DNA from: Tubulanus polymorphus
Lineage: Eukaryota > Animalia > Nemertea
NCBI RefSeq assembly: GCF_964204645.1
Contig: NC_134027.1
Location: forward strand, 3,504,485 to 3,568,484
Direction: 5' to 3'
Length of the DNA stretch: 64,000 bases
Part shown: positions 1 to 13,283 of the stretch, piece by piece
Layout: every line of letters starts with the position of its first letter
Position numbering within the stretch: the first letter of the stretch is position 1
Translations under genes and position numbers: made by a program
Notes under the pieces: generated by a model
Database searches by the model: none
Seen by the model: only the letters and a program-made list of their open reading frames with translations
What the model was told of the DNA's origin: nothing

Positions 1-3000
1 AACATCACATTTTACTTGACAATTTCGCAATGACGATAATTACCCTCAAAAAGTGAAAGAGGTTCTAGAAAAGTGAAAGAAAACAAATTTCCTTGAGTTA
101 TTTTATTTAACTAAGTATCCCTGAAAATTATATATAAAAGTCTTTTTTCGTTTGTATTTTGGGATTTTATCTTATATGATTATCGTTACAACACGGTGTA
201 GGTGTTTCATCAAGATCATGTTCACTCCCGCAGACGTTACCGACGTCTGATGATGATATAGGATAACTGTGCGAGGTTGGAATATGAATCCGCGTGGTTT
301 AAAACGACAAACGGCAGAAGGAATCACAATATTTCATTATCATCAGTAACAAATATTGCTTCAAGGAAACAAACAGCGGATAATTCACAAATTGCGAGTC
401 TCAATTTGTCCTGGTGCTAATTAACACCCAGGGGATTGTGAATTACTTCTGAATTACTTCATTACTGATGTTACTATCCAATCTAGATGCATCTCAACTA
501 TGCAACAAACATGGAATAATGCTGCAATCGGTTTGTCGATCAAAGGAACTTTTACGGCTAAGATAGATTTCCAGTAGTCGTGGTATGCTGGAAAGCCAAA
601 CGCAAACATCTAAACAATGTTTCTCGTTTCTCTTCACACGTCACAGACAGGGAAACGCTCGCAAACATGTTTCCGTCTCCTGTTTCCGCATTTCCCTGCA
701 TCGTGTTCAATTCGTATTAATTTAAAATTTTGAGTTATATGCTTCAAGTTTCCACGCATAATTCAATGCTGGTCATATTTTAACTATAGGCTGCCATGGT
801 GACCATGCAGAGTCCTCAGTTATTATTTCTATGATCAAAGTAATATCGACCACATGGAACAAAAATGCTGTGGAAACTGTACAATTCCTGCCATTCATCC
901 ATCTCACTACTGAGAGAATCAATCTAGTAGGAAGCAGCTAGTTGGTCAATACCAGTGCTGGACAATGCCTGGTAAAGCTAAAAAATTCTCGTAGATCTGG
1001 ATTCAAGTTCACTTCATTTATCAATAACGCCAACAATATTGCTTCCATCTCGGCTTATATTTGCGTCAAGTAGCTCAGTGACTACTGCTTTAATTTCATT
1101 CCCAGAACTTGAGCCATTGACAGGAAATCTATAAATCCGTCATATCCTAGTCTGACCTCAATCAATTTCATTCTATTATGAGATTAACCGCGAATAAAAT
1201 CAGTTCAGCTCTTCAGTTTTTTTTGGCAGAACCATCCAGGGGACGGAATCTATGGGCCCGGCATTGTATATTAGAACGATCAAGTTGCACGTATAAGTTA
1301 CACATTTCTGATCAGTGATTCTTATCATTTGTTTTCTGAAGAAAAATGCCACTTCTATATGGCTCATTGACTCTGAGGGAAAGGTGACTTAATGATGCAG
1401 CTACAATGATTAGATTTTCTAATCTGATAAATGGCCGTCTAGACTGGAATCGCTGCAGACGATTCACGCAGTAGAAGGCGACTGGACCAGTTGAGATGAA
1501 TTCCCTCCATGTTCCCAATATATACATGTATTCATTGATTTTCTGAAATGAAAGCGGTTGAAGTAATATCTGCATCTCAAGTAGCGATAATAACGTTACA
1601 AAAATGGTAACATCGTATCCTCGTAGAATCAACTTCAATACAACTAATCATTTCTGGCCCTTAAATACTTAATGCTTATATTGTTGTCCTTTTGTCGAAA
1701 CATCTATAAATATTTCATATGCTTTCACGCCGGAGCAATCCTTTCATTCATAATTATTAGTCTCATTGGTGAATTGAATAATTCAAGGTGTTTCAGAAAT
1801 GTACTGAAAAGTTCAATAGGTGGATTTGAAATTTGAATAATGAAAGAGACACGTTCTCTTTCAATGTCTTCCAATGTCTTCCTCGGTCGTTTATCGGATA
1901 TAAAGCAAGAGGAAATCGATAGCCCCCAGTGTCAAATATTTTTTCTGCATAGAACCAGCCTCGGAGTAGACCAAAGACGTAAGTACCGTACGCCTACAAA
2001 CCTAATACTCAAATAAACCATAGGCTCAACAGAACGGATCTTTTTATAGTGGCCAGCCAACATGCAAATCATTACTGAAATGACATGTCCGTCCAGTGTT
2101 GTAAATGCCATCCAGGTTACAACAGCAGAACAACACTAATCCATTATTCTAGCTTTATGGCAATATTGTTTTTCATCCCACATAACCGCTTGAGGTATTC
2201 CACTTAGCGAGAGAATGCCCCTAAATCAGATTTTTTCAGGAAAAAGGAAAGCTGAGCTGAATTGGAGATCGATCGCGCAATATTCATCAAAAACGATGAA
2301 GACACCGATCTCATCTCCGAAAAATCTGAGTTAATCTAAGTTAAAGATAACTCTTTACTAAAGATAACTGAGTCTGTATGCCTTATATGCATGTCTAATT
2401 ATTCCAATTCAAATATCTCATTAATCAAAATGAAAACATGATTACCCTTAATCAAGTTTCAGTTTATCAGAAATTAAGAATTACACTTGAATCATAAAAA
2501 AACGTTAACTCCGCGCTCGCAATGAAAGATGCTTTTAATAGAATGCGAGGGATACGTGTAATGAACTCATTTTATTGATTTGAATTCGAACCTCGGAAAA
2601 CATGGAATTTTCGATTCCCATTAGAAATCAGCTAAAACTTTAAGAATTACGAGTGTTACTCTTCTTCCCTTCAGCGATAACGTGAACCACTTCAACGATC
2701 CATACGTCACCGCACACAGATTAAACCTGGTAATTTCACACGATCTAGTACAGAAAATAATTGCGTCAGGAGACGATAATTTTCTTATTTGAAATGGCCG
2801 CCGCGCTGCGACATCATTGTTTATGACGAACAGTTTTACGAGGCGTTATTGCTTCAGTTGTAAATGAGATATTCGAGATGGAAGTCATCAAAATGTGATA
2901 CACACACACAGGTCAAACTCCTGACAATACAGGCTGTCTTTTAATGTCAGTAATCTCAGAATTGCAAACAGTGTATACACTAGAATGTTCGACTTTTGAT

Positions 3001-5355
3001 TTTGGTGAGAAACTAAGAATTCTGAATATAAGATCAGAACAAATTCCGATAACACTTAATGCAGGTTAAGACACGGCTAATAATCATAAGCAACAGTATC
3101 GGATCGACAAGGCTTTAGATGATGAATTAAGGCGGAATACGAATCATCGACAAGACAAGAGATGCGTGGGAGGAAGACGAGAAGCAATTACTGCAAACAA
3201 TGAAATTCACATATCTGAGCGTCTCACAAATTGATCTCAACTTCAGCGACCGATAAAACATTCAAACTCTCTGAGATTCGGAATCACGTCTTTGATCCCA
3301 AATCATTCAGCGACACAAAGTTTGCCGAGAAGGAGTGGTTCCTGTCTAGATTTTCTGTGAGCTCAACTACTGTATGTTTGCTTGGTTTACTAATCAAGAG
3401 AACAATTACAATCGAAATTTCATAAATTGATAATTGTTAAAGTAAATACCGCACCTCTATTCGCACATGTGCAAGTACCATTGACATTTCTGTAATTGAT
3501 TAAACTAGTTCTGTGTAAAACCATGCAGTCCGACCAGAAACCACCGGAGTTTTCATTACAATTCAAAACATTTCTTCAATTAATGACAAAGAAATGATGA
3601 AATCCACATATACCGGCTATATCTTTAGGCATCGGTAGAATTAATAAGCATGTCAATTCGTCAATTCGTCAATTGCCCGATGACCCGTCTGGAATATGGT
3701 GAGAAATACTTGTAATGAAATTTACTCTAATTGAGGGGAACATGCGTCAGAAATGATCTCGGTATAAAATCAATCAACAGGACTGGCGGTAATCATGGGT
3801 ACAGTTGATTCATGCCTCCATGATTAACCAACATGTGTGTGTATATACAGTCACCTAACAGTTATCTTTCTAATTCATACGACAAAATTCTGTGTCATTC
3901 TACAGAATGTGCGCACGACTGCAACTCTGATGCTTCTGGGGGAAGTTAGTCGCATGAAAATACTTCCTGCGATTCTCAATATGATTCAGCCACTTGTGTA
4001 AGCTTACGATAGAGTGGTTCTACATCTATCTTCTGGCTAAAAGGATGTGATCATTCTACTAGAGAGCAACGGTAAAGATAGTCCGTGGGATGGCATTGCG
4101 AATATTTATCTTAGGTTCTCCATTGGGAAACTATATAGTCAAATAAATCAATACCAGAATAACCCATTGATTGGGTATTTGTTTACAGAATACCTGTAAT
4201 AATTTCTAGTCAGAGCACGCAATGCCAAGCAATATATAAAACACTGAAGAAACATAAAGCATGATGTCGATTTCTTGTTGCTTGGCAATAATGCCCCGGG
4301 TGTCCCGACCAGGCGCCGATGATGATATTTTTCCCAAAATGAAAAATTACCCCAAGAATTTGTGTAGATATTGTGCTCTATGAATTAAGTGAGTCAATGA
4401 ACTTGATACAAAGGCCTATATCACGCGAGTGCCGTACAATGATTTGCGACGAAACACATAAACCTCAAATTATTTTTCATGTAAGGAAATAATTGCATCA
4501 GTATTTCATAATTACTGCAAAATCAATACAGAGCAGGTCGCATTTTAGATGCCGGTACCACTCCTTTTAGTATTTTATCATTGGTTCTGCATGGTTTCAT
4601 TTGCATTCGTAAATCGATGTTCTAGTACTACATAGTCAATGCTCCGTATCAAATGCTAATAAACCCAGTCAGCTTTCATTGGTTGCATTTTCCTGTCAAC
4701 TAAATAACGACGATAATGTGAAATAGTTTGAAGCTGCAGTGAGGAAACGCTCTGTCCGTGCTGTGACGATTAAAAACTCCACACCCTGAACATGACTAGT
4801 CGAAACGTTGAATAAACTATACTAGCTCAAGGAAACACTTCGAACTTTCTAAGTGTGGGATTTCTATTTGCTATTCGCGAGACCTACGAAACACTTAACA
4901 GCAACAAATAATTTTTTAACAATCCAAGATTTGGTGATTGTGCCAACGTTGGTGATTGGCACTTTAAACGAACGCGTAATTCTAAAATAACAAAATGTCC
5001 ATTAATATGTCAAATAGATACTTGTTCACTATAGATTTCCTGATTTAACAACTGACGATCTCATAGCTCAGGAGATCTTTTTCTTCAAGCCCCTAAAGGG
5101 CCCCGAAAAGTATAATACGGAAGCACAATAACGACATGATCATCGATTACGGTAACAAAGGCTGGGAGGTTTTCGGGAGGAGACTCTGCTAACTGGTACC
5201 TACAGATTCGTGATTTATGTAAAAAACATCACAAAGTAGTCAACATTTTTATCATAATGTAAAGGCACAACTGAATTCAACTGAATTTGGCACAGTGTTC
5301 TCCCAAACAGAAAACTGATCAGGTAATATGAGATGAGAATATACGGTTTTCATAC

Positions 5356-8300
5356 CTCCATCCAGTTTCTTTGTTGAAACTGAAAATACCATCAATGACA
5401 TTGGCAACAAACTGACCACAAGCAATCATAGCTACATTACAGGACACCAGCCGACCTCTGATCTGCGGGGGTGCTGATTCTGCTATATAAATTGGCACAG
5501 TCATCGATGACAAACCTATAAAAAAACAAACAAATACACATGTCACTATTACAATTTTACACCAACTCTCAATAGTCTCTACCACTAGCTGAGAATATTA
5601 ACCCGAGTCGCGTCTGGCAAACAACATCTCCATCCAACACAACGCTGCATCTAAATTAAATGTCAGTCTGCATTAATAATATTGATTTGGGAAGATCAGG
5701 GCGATTTCAGAAATTTCCAGCTATTATAGGATGAGATCGAAAAGACTGGCGTAATTTGCCGAAGATTTATGACCCGAATGCGATGAAAAGTCGAGATAAT
5801 TGAGATGAACATTATATTCGAGGAGTATTACTGTCTGGACAATTAATAAAGCACCACGAGGCGGATGCCACGGAAAATGGCAAGGATTAATACGTATAAC
5901 ATCACACAAGTCAGATTTAACGACTCTTGGAATGTGTTGGAATCTATGAAACCTCTAAACCTTCAAGAGCCAAATCAGAACGAGACCTCAAGGGACCATA
6001 CAGCCTACATCCAATTCCATGGAACATGTTCAGAAATACCGATGAAAAATTGTAGATTCAGCGCATGCCCGGTAGTCTAGATTCTCGTGAAGGTGTCTTG
6101 GGTAACATGATGTATGATCTTTCTATCTGAATGACACCAATAGCATGCTTACCGGCATCCTAGCAAACTAGATATGATGATAAATGAACTAACATGGAAT
6201 CAAGTGAAATGCACCGCCCGTGGTTAATAAATGTAAAACACTTCGAGAAGACTAGAGAACTGAAAGCTGAAAAAACATCCGATCGATTGGAATATCATCA
6301 GTCTTTGTTTAGACGGGTATCAAGATGATATTAGTAGCACAGATTTTATATTTCAGGTTCTTGAAGTATCTGGCTATATATGATGGATAGGGAACGTGGA
6401 TAGGGATAAGTCTGTGGACAGACTGGCAGTCAAAATACATGCCGAAGGTAAATGATATGTATATATACATACATAGAACAAAGTAATTTGATTAATTAGT
6501 CCCCTCGGATATTTTATTATATCAGTAAACGCAGAGCATGCATGATAACCTTCTCGAAGAAAACAGTTGAATAAGCTCTTTACTGCAGGGTATATATGAT
6601 AGGAAAACTAATCCGCTCAATTCAATTTGACATTTTGAATAGAGACATTAGATATTGTCACTGACTTGAAGATCGTTTGCTGAGATTTGTGGTAATACGT
6701 CGCGAGAAAAAATTGGCTCGCATCGGATACGATCGTTACGGATTTAATGTTCACGAATGCATGAGAATTTCTCCACATGGATGGATCCGGATTGCCCGAT
6801 CTCCCCTCAAACACGCGCAAAACCGATATAAGTACCATCGTAACAAATAGCACTGCAGTAGATATCGAATGCGAAATATTCAGCCACAATTACTGCACTG
6901 TATGACCACCAGTGTAAATGTCTCATACGACCATCTCTCTACAGATTGGACAATATTTCATTATGGTACTTTGCTATATTTGTAAAATTGTTATTTTGTA
7001 AAAGAATAAAAAAGTGGGCTAATCGTGAAATCAAATGATATATGGTCGCTTATTCATTTTCATCGGGCTGGTGATATTTCTCCAAGTTTTGAGACAGAGA
7101 GGGAAAGCGGACAAAATAATCAGATAGATCACATTTCCACCTGCTCTGCGGTATTCACCTTTCACAACATGGACGTCAGCCTCCAAGAATCATTGATGAA
7201 ACCACCTACTCAAAAAGCTACGTGAAAATAATTAGTTTTTTTTTTGCAGAATTACTAATATGCAAAGCCTAGGCCTAATCGGTACAAGTTCGTCGGCGAG
7301 AGCTCAACTGAAAGAGGATATTTCTGTGAATGAAGTGGACGCGTAATCCAGACTAATCTAATGGCCGGTTTACGCTTTGGTTTCATGGATTTACAGTCGA
7401 ACTCATATCGATTGGGAATCTGATTAAATGCGCATTGATTTATTCACACAGAATGACGATTTGTCTAGCTAGAAGAGCGCAAACGTCTGGATTGTCTAAG
7501 ACATCTGCCACAGCAATTTGGGAATGATCCCACTAGAGAAGTTGACTGACTGGAATCCAATAAGAATATCGCTGTCACTCGAACCTCGTTCAATTGTCAT
7601 TTTATACCTCGAGAAAGCAACTAGCTATTTCCATGCAAATTGGCTAGATATATCTTGGATAATAAGCAGGCAAGCAGAATCTATGTTTACTGATCAACTT
7701 GACAAAAAATGACACATAGACCTAGACTCAAGATAGGCCTGAAAGCAATAACACCCGCACCGAGAAAGTATTATTTCAATTTATCAATGCATTTCGATCA
7801 TGATGAAATGAAATAAAACATACGTGGAAGACATAAAAGGCTAAAAAGAATTAGAATTCATTGATTACCGGTAAAAAATCCTACAAAAATGTAAGAAAGT
7901 GGAAAACACGCTCAACACGGCCTAATGATGATTAAAAATGTTTACAATGATGAGGGTTAACAGACTCAAAATTAACTAAATATGTGATAATTCGAATTTC
8001 TGAATATATGGGTTAACAAAATAAAAGACCCATTTCTATATCAATAACATACCAATAGCTGCTCCAATAATAATCCGACCAGCTAGAAGCAAATATCTAT
8101 CCTTAGAAATTGACAAGCAAATCGCGCCGGCTGTGAATATTATGCTTGCCATCAAAATAACAGGTTTCCGGCCAATGCGATCGTTTAATAATCCTCCTAA
8201 AATAGCGAATACAGCGGCGGCTCCGATTGTCATACTGACTATCATTTCTTGCCAAACCGAATTTAAAACAAATTCATCCCTCAACAAGATAATAGCTCCT

Positions 8301-8497
8301 GATATAACGCCAGTATCGTAGCCGAAAAGAAATCCCCCGAGTCCAGAGAGGACTGTTAAAACGTAAACAAATGTTGGAGTTTTCGGATAGCGTTTTATTT
8401 GATCCATCTTGAATTGATAATCCTCGTCGTATTGTTGAGTGTGTTCATTATTAGCAGTCACAGGTGTGACAGGTTTTGTTTCGGAATTGGGCTGCAT
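5356..8497 (-). CDS. SLC2A13: Proton/myo-inositol cotransporter HMIT (MFS sugar porter), 5' part. Exon 1 is 8497-8053 and exon 2 is 5515-5356; the remaining exons lie left of the window.
   Basis: Motifs LGGFLFGYDTGVISGA, LNDRIGRKPVIL, LLAGRIIIG and GLSSMTVPIYIAESAPPQIRGRLV...GWR. GT/AG splice sites are phase-compatible. Confidence 0.9.
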
Positions 8498-8663
8498 GGT
8501 TTCGGATATGATAATGTTCTTATGATGTATAGTGAAAAGTGTGTGATAGAAGCCTCGAAGCTTGTGGCCGAATGAACACGCACACGTGCTCGCCGGCGAA
8601 TCGCGCCAAAATATTGTGATACTCCTGAGCCAATCAGAGACGATTAAATATCTACGTCATCAA

Positions 8664-9687
8664 GATTCATGATGAACCATATTAAATTCAATGCATTTTA
8701 ACTTCATTCACCATCATCGTCATAAAATTAACAATATTCAGTTAGGGCCTACAACAGATAACTTTAAAGATAGGAAATAAAGTGTATAGTTAATGTACAG
8801 CAAAAAAGATAGAATAGAAATGACAAGATAGAACCTTATTAAACATAGATGGCGCCACCAGACGCATTATGTATTGAATTGAATGAGTATCTCGGCAAAA
8901 AATATATAAAAAGTGTCTTAATTCCATATTCATGGATCATTTATAGTATGTATATATGTAGTCGTCTCTCCTCTTACTAAATTACAATTTCCGAATGAAT
9001 GCAGACAGTTATTTATATATGAATTGATTTAAAAAGGGAAAGGAAGAAAGACTGATGATGAAAATTTGTTATCAATTCAATCAAACCAAATCCCATTTAA
9101 CCTGTAACCCACTTGACTTCGTTTCAGATGCCGAATCGCAAAGAAATACTGAGTTTTGTGCTCGGAGCGTCAATTGATTCATGATGAACCATATTAAATT
9201 CAATGCATTTTAACTTCATTCACCATCATCGTCATAAAATTAACAATATTCAGTTAGGGCCTACAACAGATAACTTTAAAGATAGGAAATAAAGTGTATA
9301 GTTAATGTACAGCAAAAAAGATAGAATAGAAATGACAAGATAGAACCTTATTAAACATAGATGGCGCCACCAGACGCATTATGTATTGAATTGAATGAGT
9401 ATCTCGGCAAAAAATATATAAAAAGTGTCTTAATTCCATATTCATGGATCATTTATAGTATGTATATATGTAGTCGTCTCTCCTCTTACTAAATTACAAT
9501 TTCCGAATGAATGCAGACAGTTATTTATATATGAATTGATTTAAAAAGGGAAAGGAAGAAAGACTGATGATGAAAATTTGTTATCAATTCAATCAAACCA
9601 AATCCCATTTAACCTGTAACCCACTTGACTTCGTTTCAGATGCCGAATCGCAAAGAAATACTGAGTTTTGTGCTCGGAGCGTCAATT
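8664..9687 (+). repeat. Tandem duplication, 2 x 512 bp (8664-9175 and 9176-9687)
   Basis: The sequence gattcatgatgaaccat...ggagcgtcaatt occurs twice back to back; I saw no differences by eye. Confidence 0.97.
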
Positions 9688-11919
9688 GGGGCTGCTACTA
9701 CATTCCTTGTTTACAAAGCTTTAAAGATCAGGAGCAAACAAAATAAAACTGATCATAAGCAGCATAATTCACCAGGTAAATTAGACATCATTTAGTGGAT
9801 GATGTGGCTGCAGTGTAGTCAAGCCAGCAGTGATTGCTCAGTTATATGTAATGTAATAGATTTAACAAAAATTCATTTCAGAAAACACAGCATCACCTCG
9901 AATTCAAGTAGCAATACCTGATTTAGCATTGCGTCGCTCGCAATCTCGTGAAGATCCTCCACGACGTTTCCATAGATTAGTGTCATCCGGTAACAGTGGA
10001 TATATTGATACCTCCAGTATTATAGTCGACGATGGCAAGAATATCGACACTCAGAGTATGATGAATTTGTTGTTTTGTATCGCAGAAAATCAAGCTAAGA
10101 GAAGTAAGCATCAGTGAATGAGTCCTCCACTAAATCTAACCACGGTGTAGGGGACCGTAATAACGTCTGGTATTCAGACTAAAGCCATACTCCTGAGTGG
10201 GGTGATGCGCAAGATCATCTGATATTCAGACTAAAGTCTTCCTCAAGATTGCCTCATTAGTATCTGTGTAGTAATTTGCTAATTGATAAATTTTTCAGTG
10301 GGACTAATGCATCGTGGAATTACTTGCAATATTTGCCATCAAACACCTCTCTGTGGAATCAGATACAAGGTAAATGTATGGATAATGAATATCCATGTTA
10401 CACCTGAAGAATGTTTGAATATTTCTGTCGGATGTTTGTTTTCAGTGTGCTAACTGCTCAGATTATGACGTATGCGATAAATGTGAACCTAAAGATGAGC
10501 ACAACAGTACACATGTATTCTTAAAGATTAATACTCCTCTTCCACCACTCGCTAGTCCACGTATTGGTTTGTCTAAAACTTTATATCCAGGTACGGTAAT
10601 AGGCCTCTCGAGTAACAAATTCTTAAGCTGTATATGTGCCATGTTTAATTAGATGTCTATTTGATTCGTTTATAGGTAAAATAGACAACCATATTTCCTT
10701 ATCTATTGATGATACGCTTCGATTGATAAAGGAAACTAATTGTAAGTTTCAGTTTTAACCTTTAAAAGGAATTTGTAGATAAGTCATTTCTGCAAATATT
10801 AACGCATGTCTCTGATCTTTTACAGATGATCAGTTTGAATTAGAGGCTTTACATCAGGAATATCGGTCCTTAACACAAAATTCCCGCGGTATTTCTCGCG
10901 AAGTATTCAATTACTGTTTAGGACCTCTTGCATTAGAAAGTAATCTTCTGTTAGAACAGTTATTTAAGGTATAGTGATAATAATTTCTCGGATTAATTTA
11001 AACATTTCTTTAATAGGGTGGGAGAAATAATGTTTTATTTCATGTATCGTTTCAGTTTTATGACAGAAACAATGACAGATTTATCGATTTTGAGGAAATG
11101 GTAAAAGGACTGTCAATCTTATGTAAAGGAACGATACAAGACAAACTATCTTGTAAGTTTAGGAGTGAGCCTAGTAATCTTAAACCTGTGGCCTATTCTT
11201 ACATAAAACTTTTTCTATTTTTAGATGCATTTGCAGCCTATGATATTGAAAACAAAAAGTCCATAAGTCGTGACAACATGCAACGTATGTTTAGGGCTTA
11301 CTATGATATCACTATTGAATTAGTACGTGATGTAGTGACAGCCTGTGAGGAAGAAATGGTACATGATTTACTAAGAAAATCATATCAACCAAATATCAAT
11401 TTAACTTGCATAATATCAGCTTATGTTTGACATGTATTTTTTAAGATGGCAAACTTCGATGACAGTTCTGGTCGACCAGTCTCTTCCATATTTAGCGCTC
11501 CTATACCTCAAGATAATTTCAACCCTGCCATAAAAGTGACTGTTCCAGATAATCCCGGAGGGAGGTAAGAAAATATCAAAATCCTATCTGCGTTCAGCCA
11601 CGGACTGAATTTTGAATTAGGGTTTTCCAAAACTAAAGTTGTTACGTATTATGTTGAAGGGAGAACACTTTGCCTGTTTTGGAAGCCATGTCACAAGATG
11701 CTATCAAAGAAATGGTGGACCATACATTCAGTATTGCTCAGTTGAAAGACCATGATAGGTACCATATATAAACATTGTCTCAATGGCTGTAGACTTAAAA
11801 ACAATAACTGATTGTCGGGTTTTATATATTTCAGAATGTCTTATGAGAAATTCGTTGAAGTGACTACAATTGATAACTCTCTGGTTGTATGGTTTGATGC
11901 TCTAGGTTCAGTATTCTAA
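9640..11919 (+). CDS. ZZ-type zinc finger plus neuronal-calcium-sensor-like EF-hand protein, ~438 aa, 11 coding exons (9640-9775, 9882-10103, 10299-10369, 10446-10590, 10676-10741, 10826-10968, 11056-11152, 11225-11358, 11446-11564, 11660-11758, 11835-11919)
   Basis: Hand-spliced ORF is continuous. ZZ domain HRGITCNICHQTPLCGIRYKCANCSDYDVCDKCE..H.STH; EF loop DRNNDRFIDFEE followed by GLSILCKGT..DKLSYAFAAYD; hydrophobic N-terminus ILSFVLGASIGAATTFLVY. Confidence 0.88.
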
Positions 11920-12659
11920 TTGAGGAGGAAATGTTTTATATATGGTGCTACTGCGTTTTAAACAATGATGAGGTATTTTTACACCGCTGGGCTGAAATAA
12001 CTGTCTGAAAATAAGTCATATTATACAATCAAACTTGTCTACCAGTAGTAGATTACTTACTACAAAAATTGTGTGCTAATATAGATTGTCTTCTAAAAAA
12101 CCGTTGTTTATTTTCTGTGAAAATTGTAGTAAATAGAATGATGATTTATTCGTAATCTTTGAACTGTTGAGTAAATTGCTTCATGGAAGTGACTTGCAAT
12201 AGAGGTTCTCTAAGTATTGGAATATGAGAAAATGATGACAAGACGATCGATGTAAAGTGTACACATTAATGAATTTTACATTCATTTATTGACATAAATT
12301 AAGATAAAACAATACATGCCGATACATTAAATATACTGTATATAACATTCAATTTACCCCTGATGTGTATCATTATTTATTAACAACATTTACAGTAGTT
12401 TAAAACATACAAAATCATATACTGTCATATTTATGTTTATATTTTCAATACATCTTTGGTGGACAGCAGTAACGTATTGGAAGATATATTTCATCACAAT
12501 TAAGTAGGGCAAGCGTACTGATTCAGTGTACATGAAATGTATAAATTAAGTAATTTTAAAAGTATAATATATAACGTATATATTTTCATAAAATCGAGTT
12601 ATATTTATCAGTTCACTTTATCGTTACATTCTGCGGAAATATTGCTCATTCACATTCTT

Positions 12660-12730
12660 TTATGGGCTGAAGAATCCTCCGTCTAGTTTGCGCGAATATC
12701 CACCATTTGTTGCAGCACTGTGGTGGCTCG
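12660..12730 (-). CDS. CFAP276: Second (distal) duplicated terminal exon of CFAP276 encoding (P)SHHSAATNGGYSRKLDGGFFSP*
   Basis: Acceptor ttttcacag, phase 1, 71 coding nt like the proximal exon, 14/23 aa identical to it; minus-strand AATAAA at 12376-12381. Confidence 0.85.
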
Positions 12731-13283
12731 CTGTGAAAAGTTAGCATAAATAAATATATAAGCATAGAAAGATGAGCTATTGTAGGTGTGGGTAAAAAAA
12801 CGACAGTCAATGCCAATGTTATAATGCCATCCTTTAAAATGCCACTGCTAAAACGTTTTTCAGAGAAATTTGCCAAATCTACGGTAACTAATTCAACGGA
12901 AATACCATTCTTCATGACTGACAAAACTCCAGGTTTCATATTAGTCCCAACAGTGGCATTATAAAGAATTATTTACTGTACATGCATCCCCTCATCTTCG
13001 TATTAAACTCAGTGATTTTTTATGGCCCCATGCATGGAGACTATTATGTTTCTAGGCTATGTTCGAACTTCTGTCCTGTTCGAGTATTATTAAGGAATTT
13101 AGTATGGTCAAATGTTCGAAATTAATCTAGAATCAAAGATTTCTTCTGGTTATGTACACTAGAAGTAGAAGATCGTTGAAAGCATGATAGGAAAATCAAT
13201 TTAAAAAGGCAGTAGAAGGTATAGGGCATAGAGGGGGATAGCAAGGGAATATCAGTATAATTACAAGTGAAAATGCTGCCATG

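Noticed and set aside
1312-1638. 108-aa ORF as possible SLC2A13 exon 3 (contains YMYILG)
   Set aside because: It lacks the expected PESPRWL-type motif and a suitable acceptor; exon 3 is probably outside the window.
10166-10236. 19-bp direct repeat tctg(g/a)tattcagactaaag in an intron of the ZZ-EF gene
   Set aside because: Too short to assign; likely a fragment of a common repeat end.
12646-12939. 97-aa minus-strand ORF MKPGVLSV...
   Set aside because: No recognisable protein; the meaningful frame is the shifted one encoding the distal CFAP276 exon.
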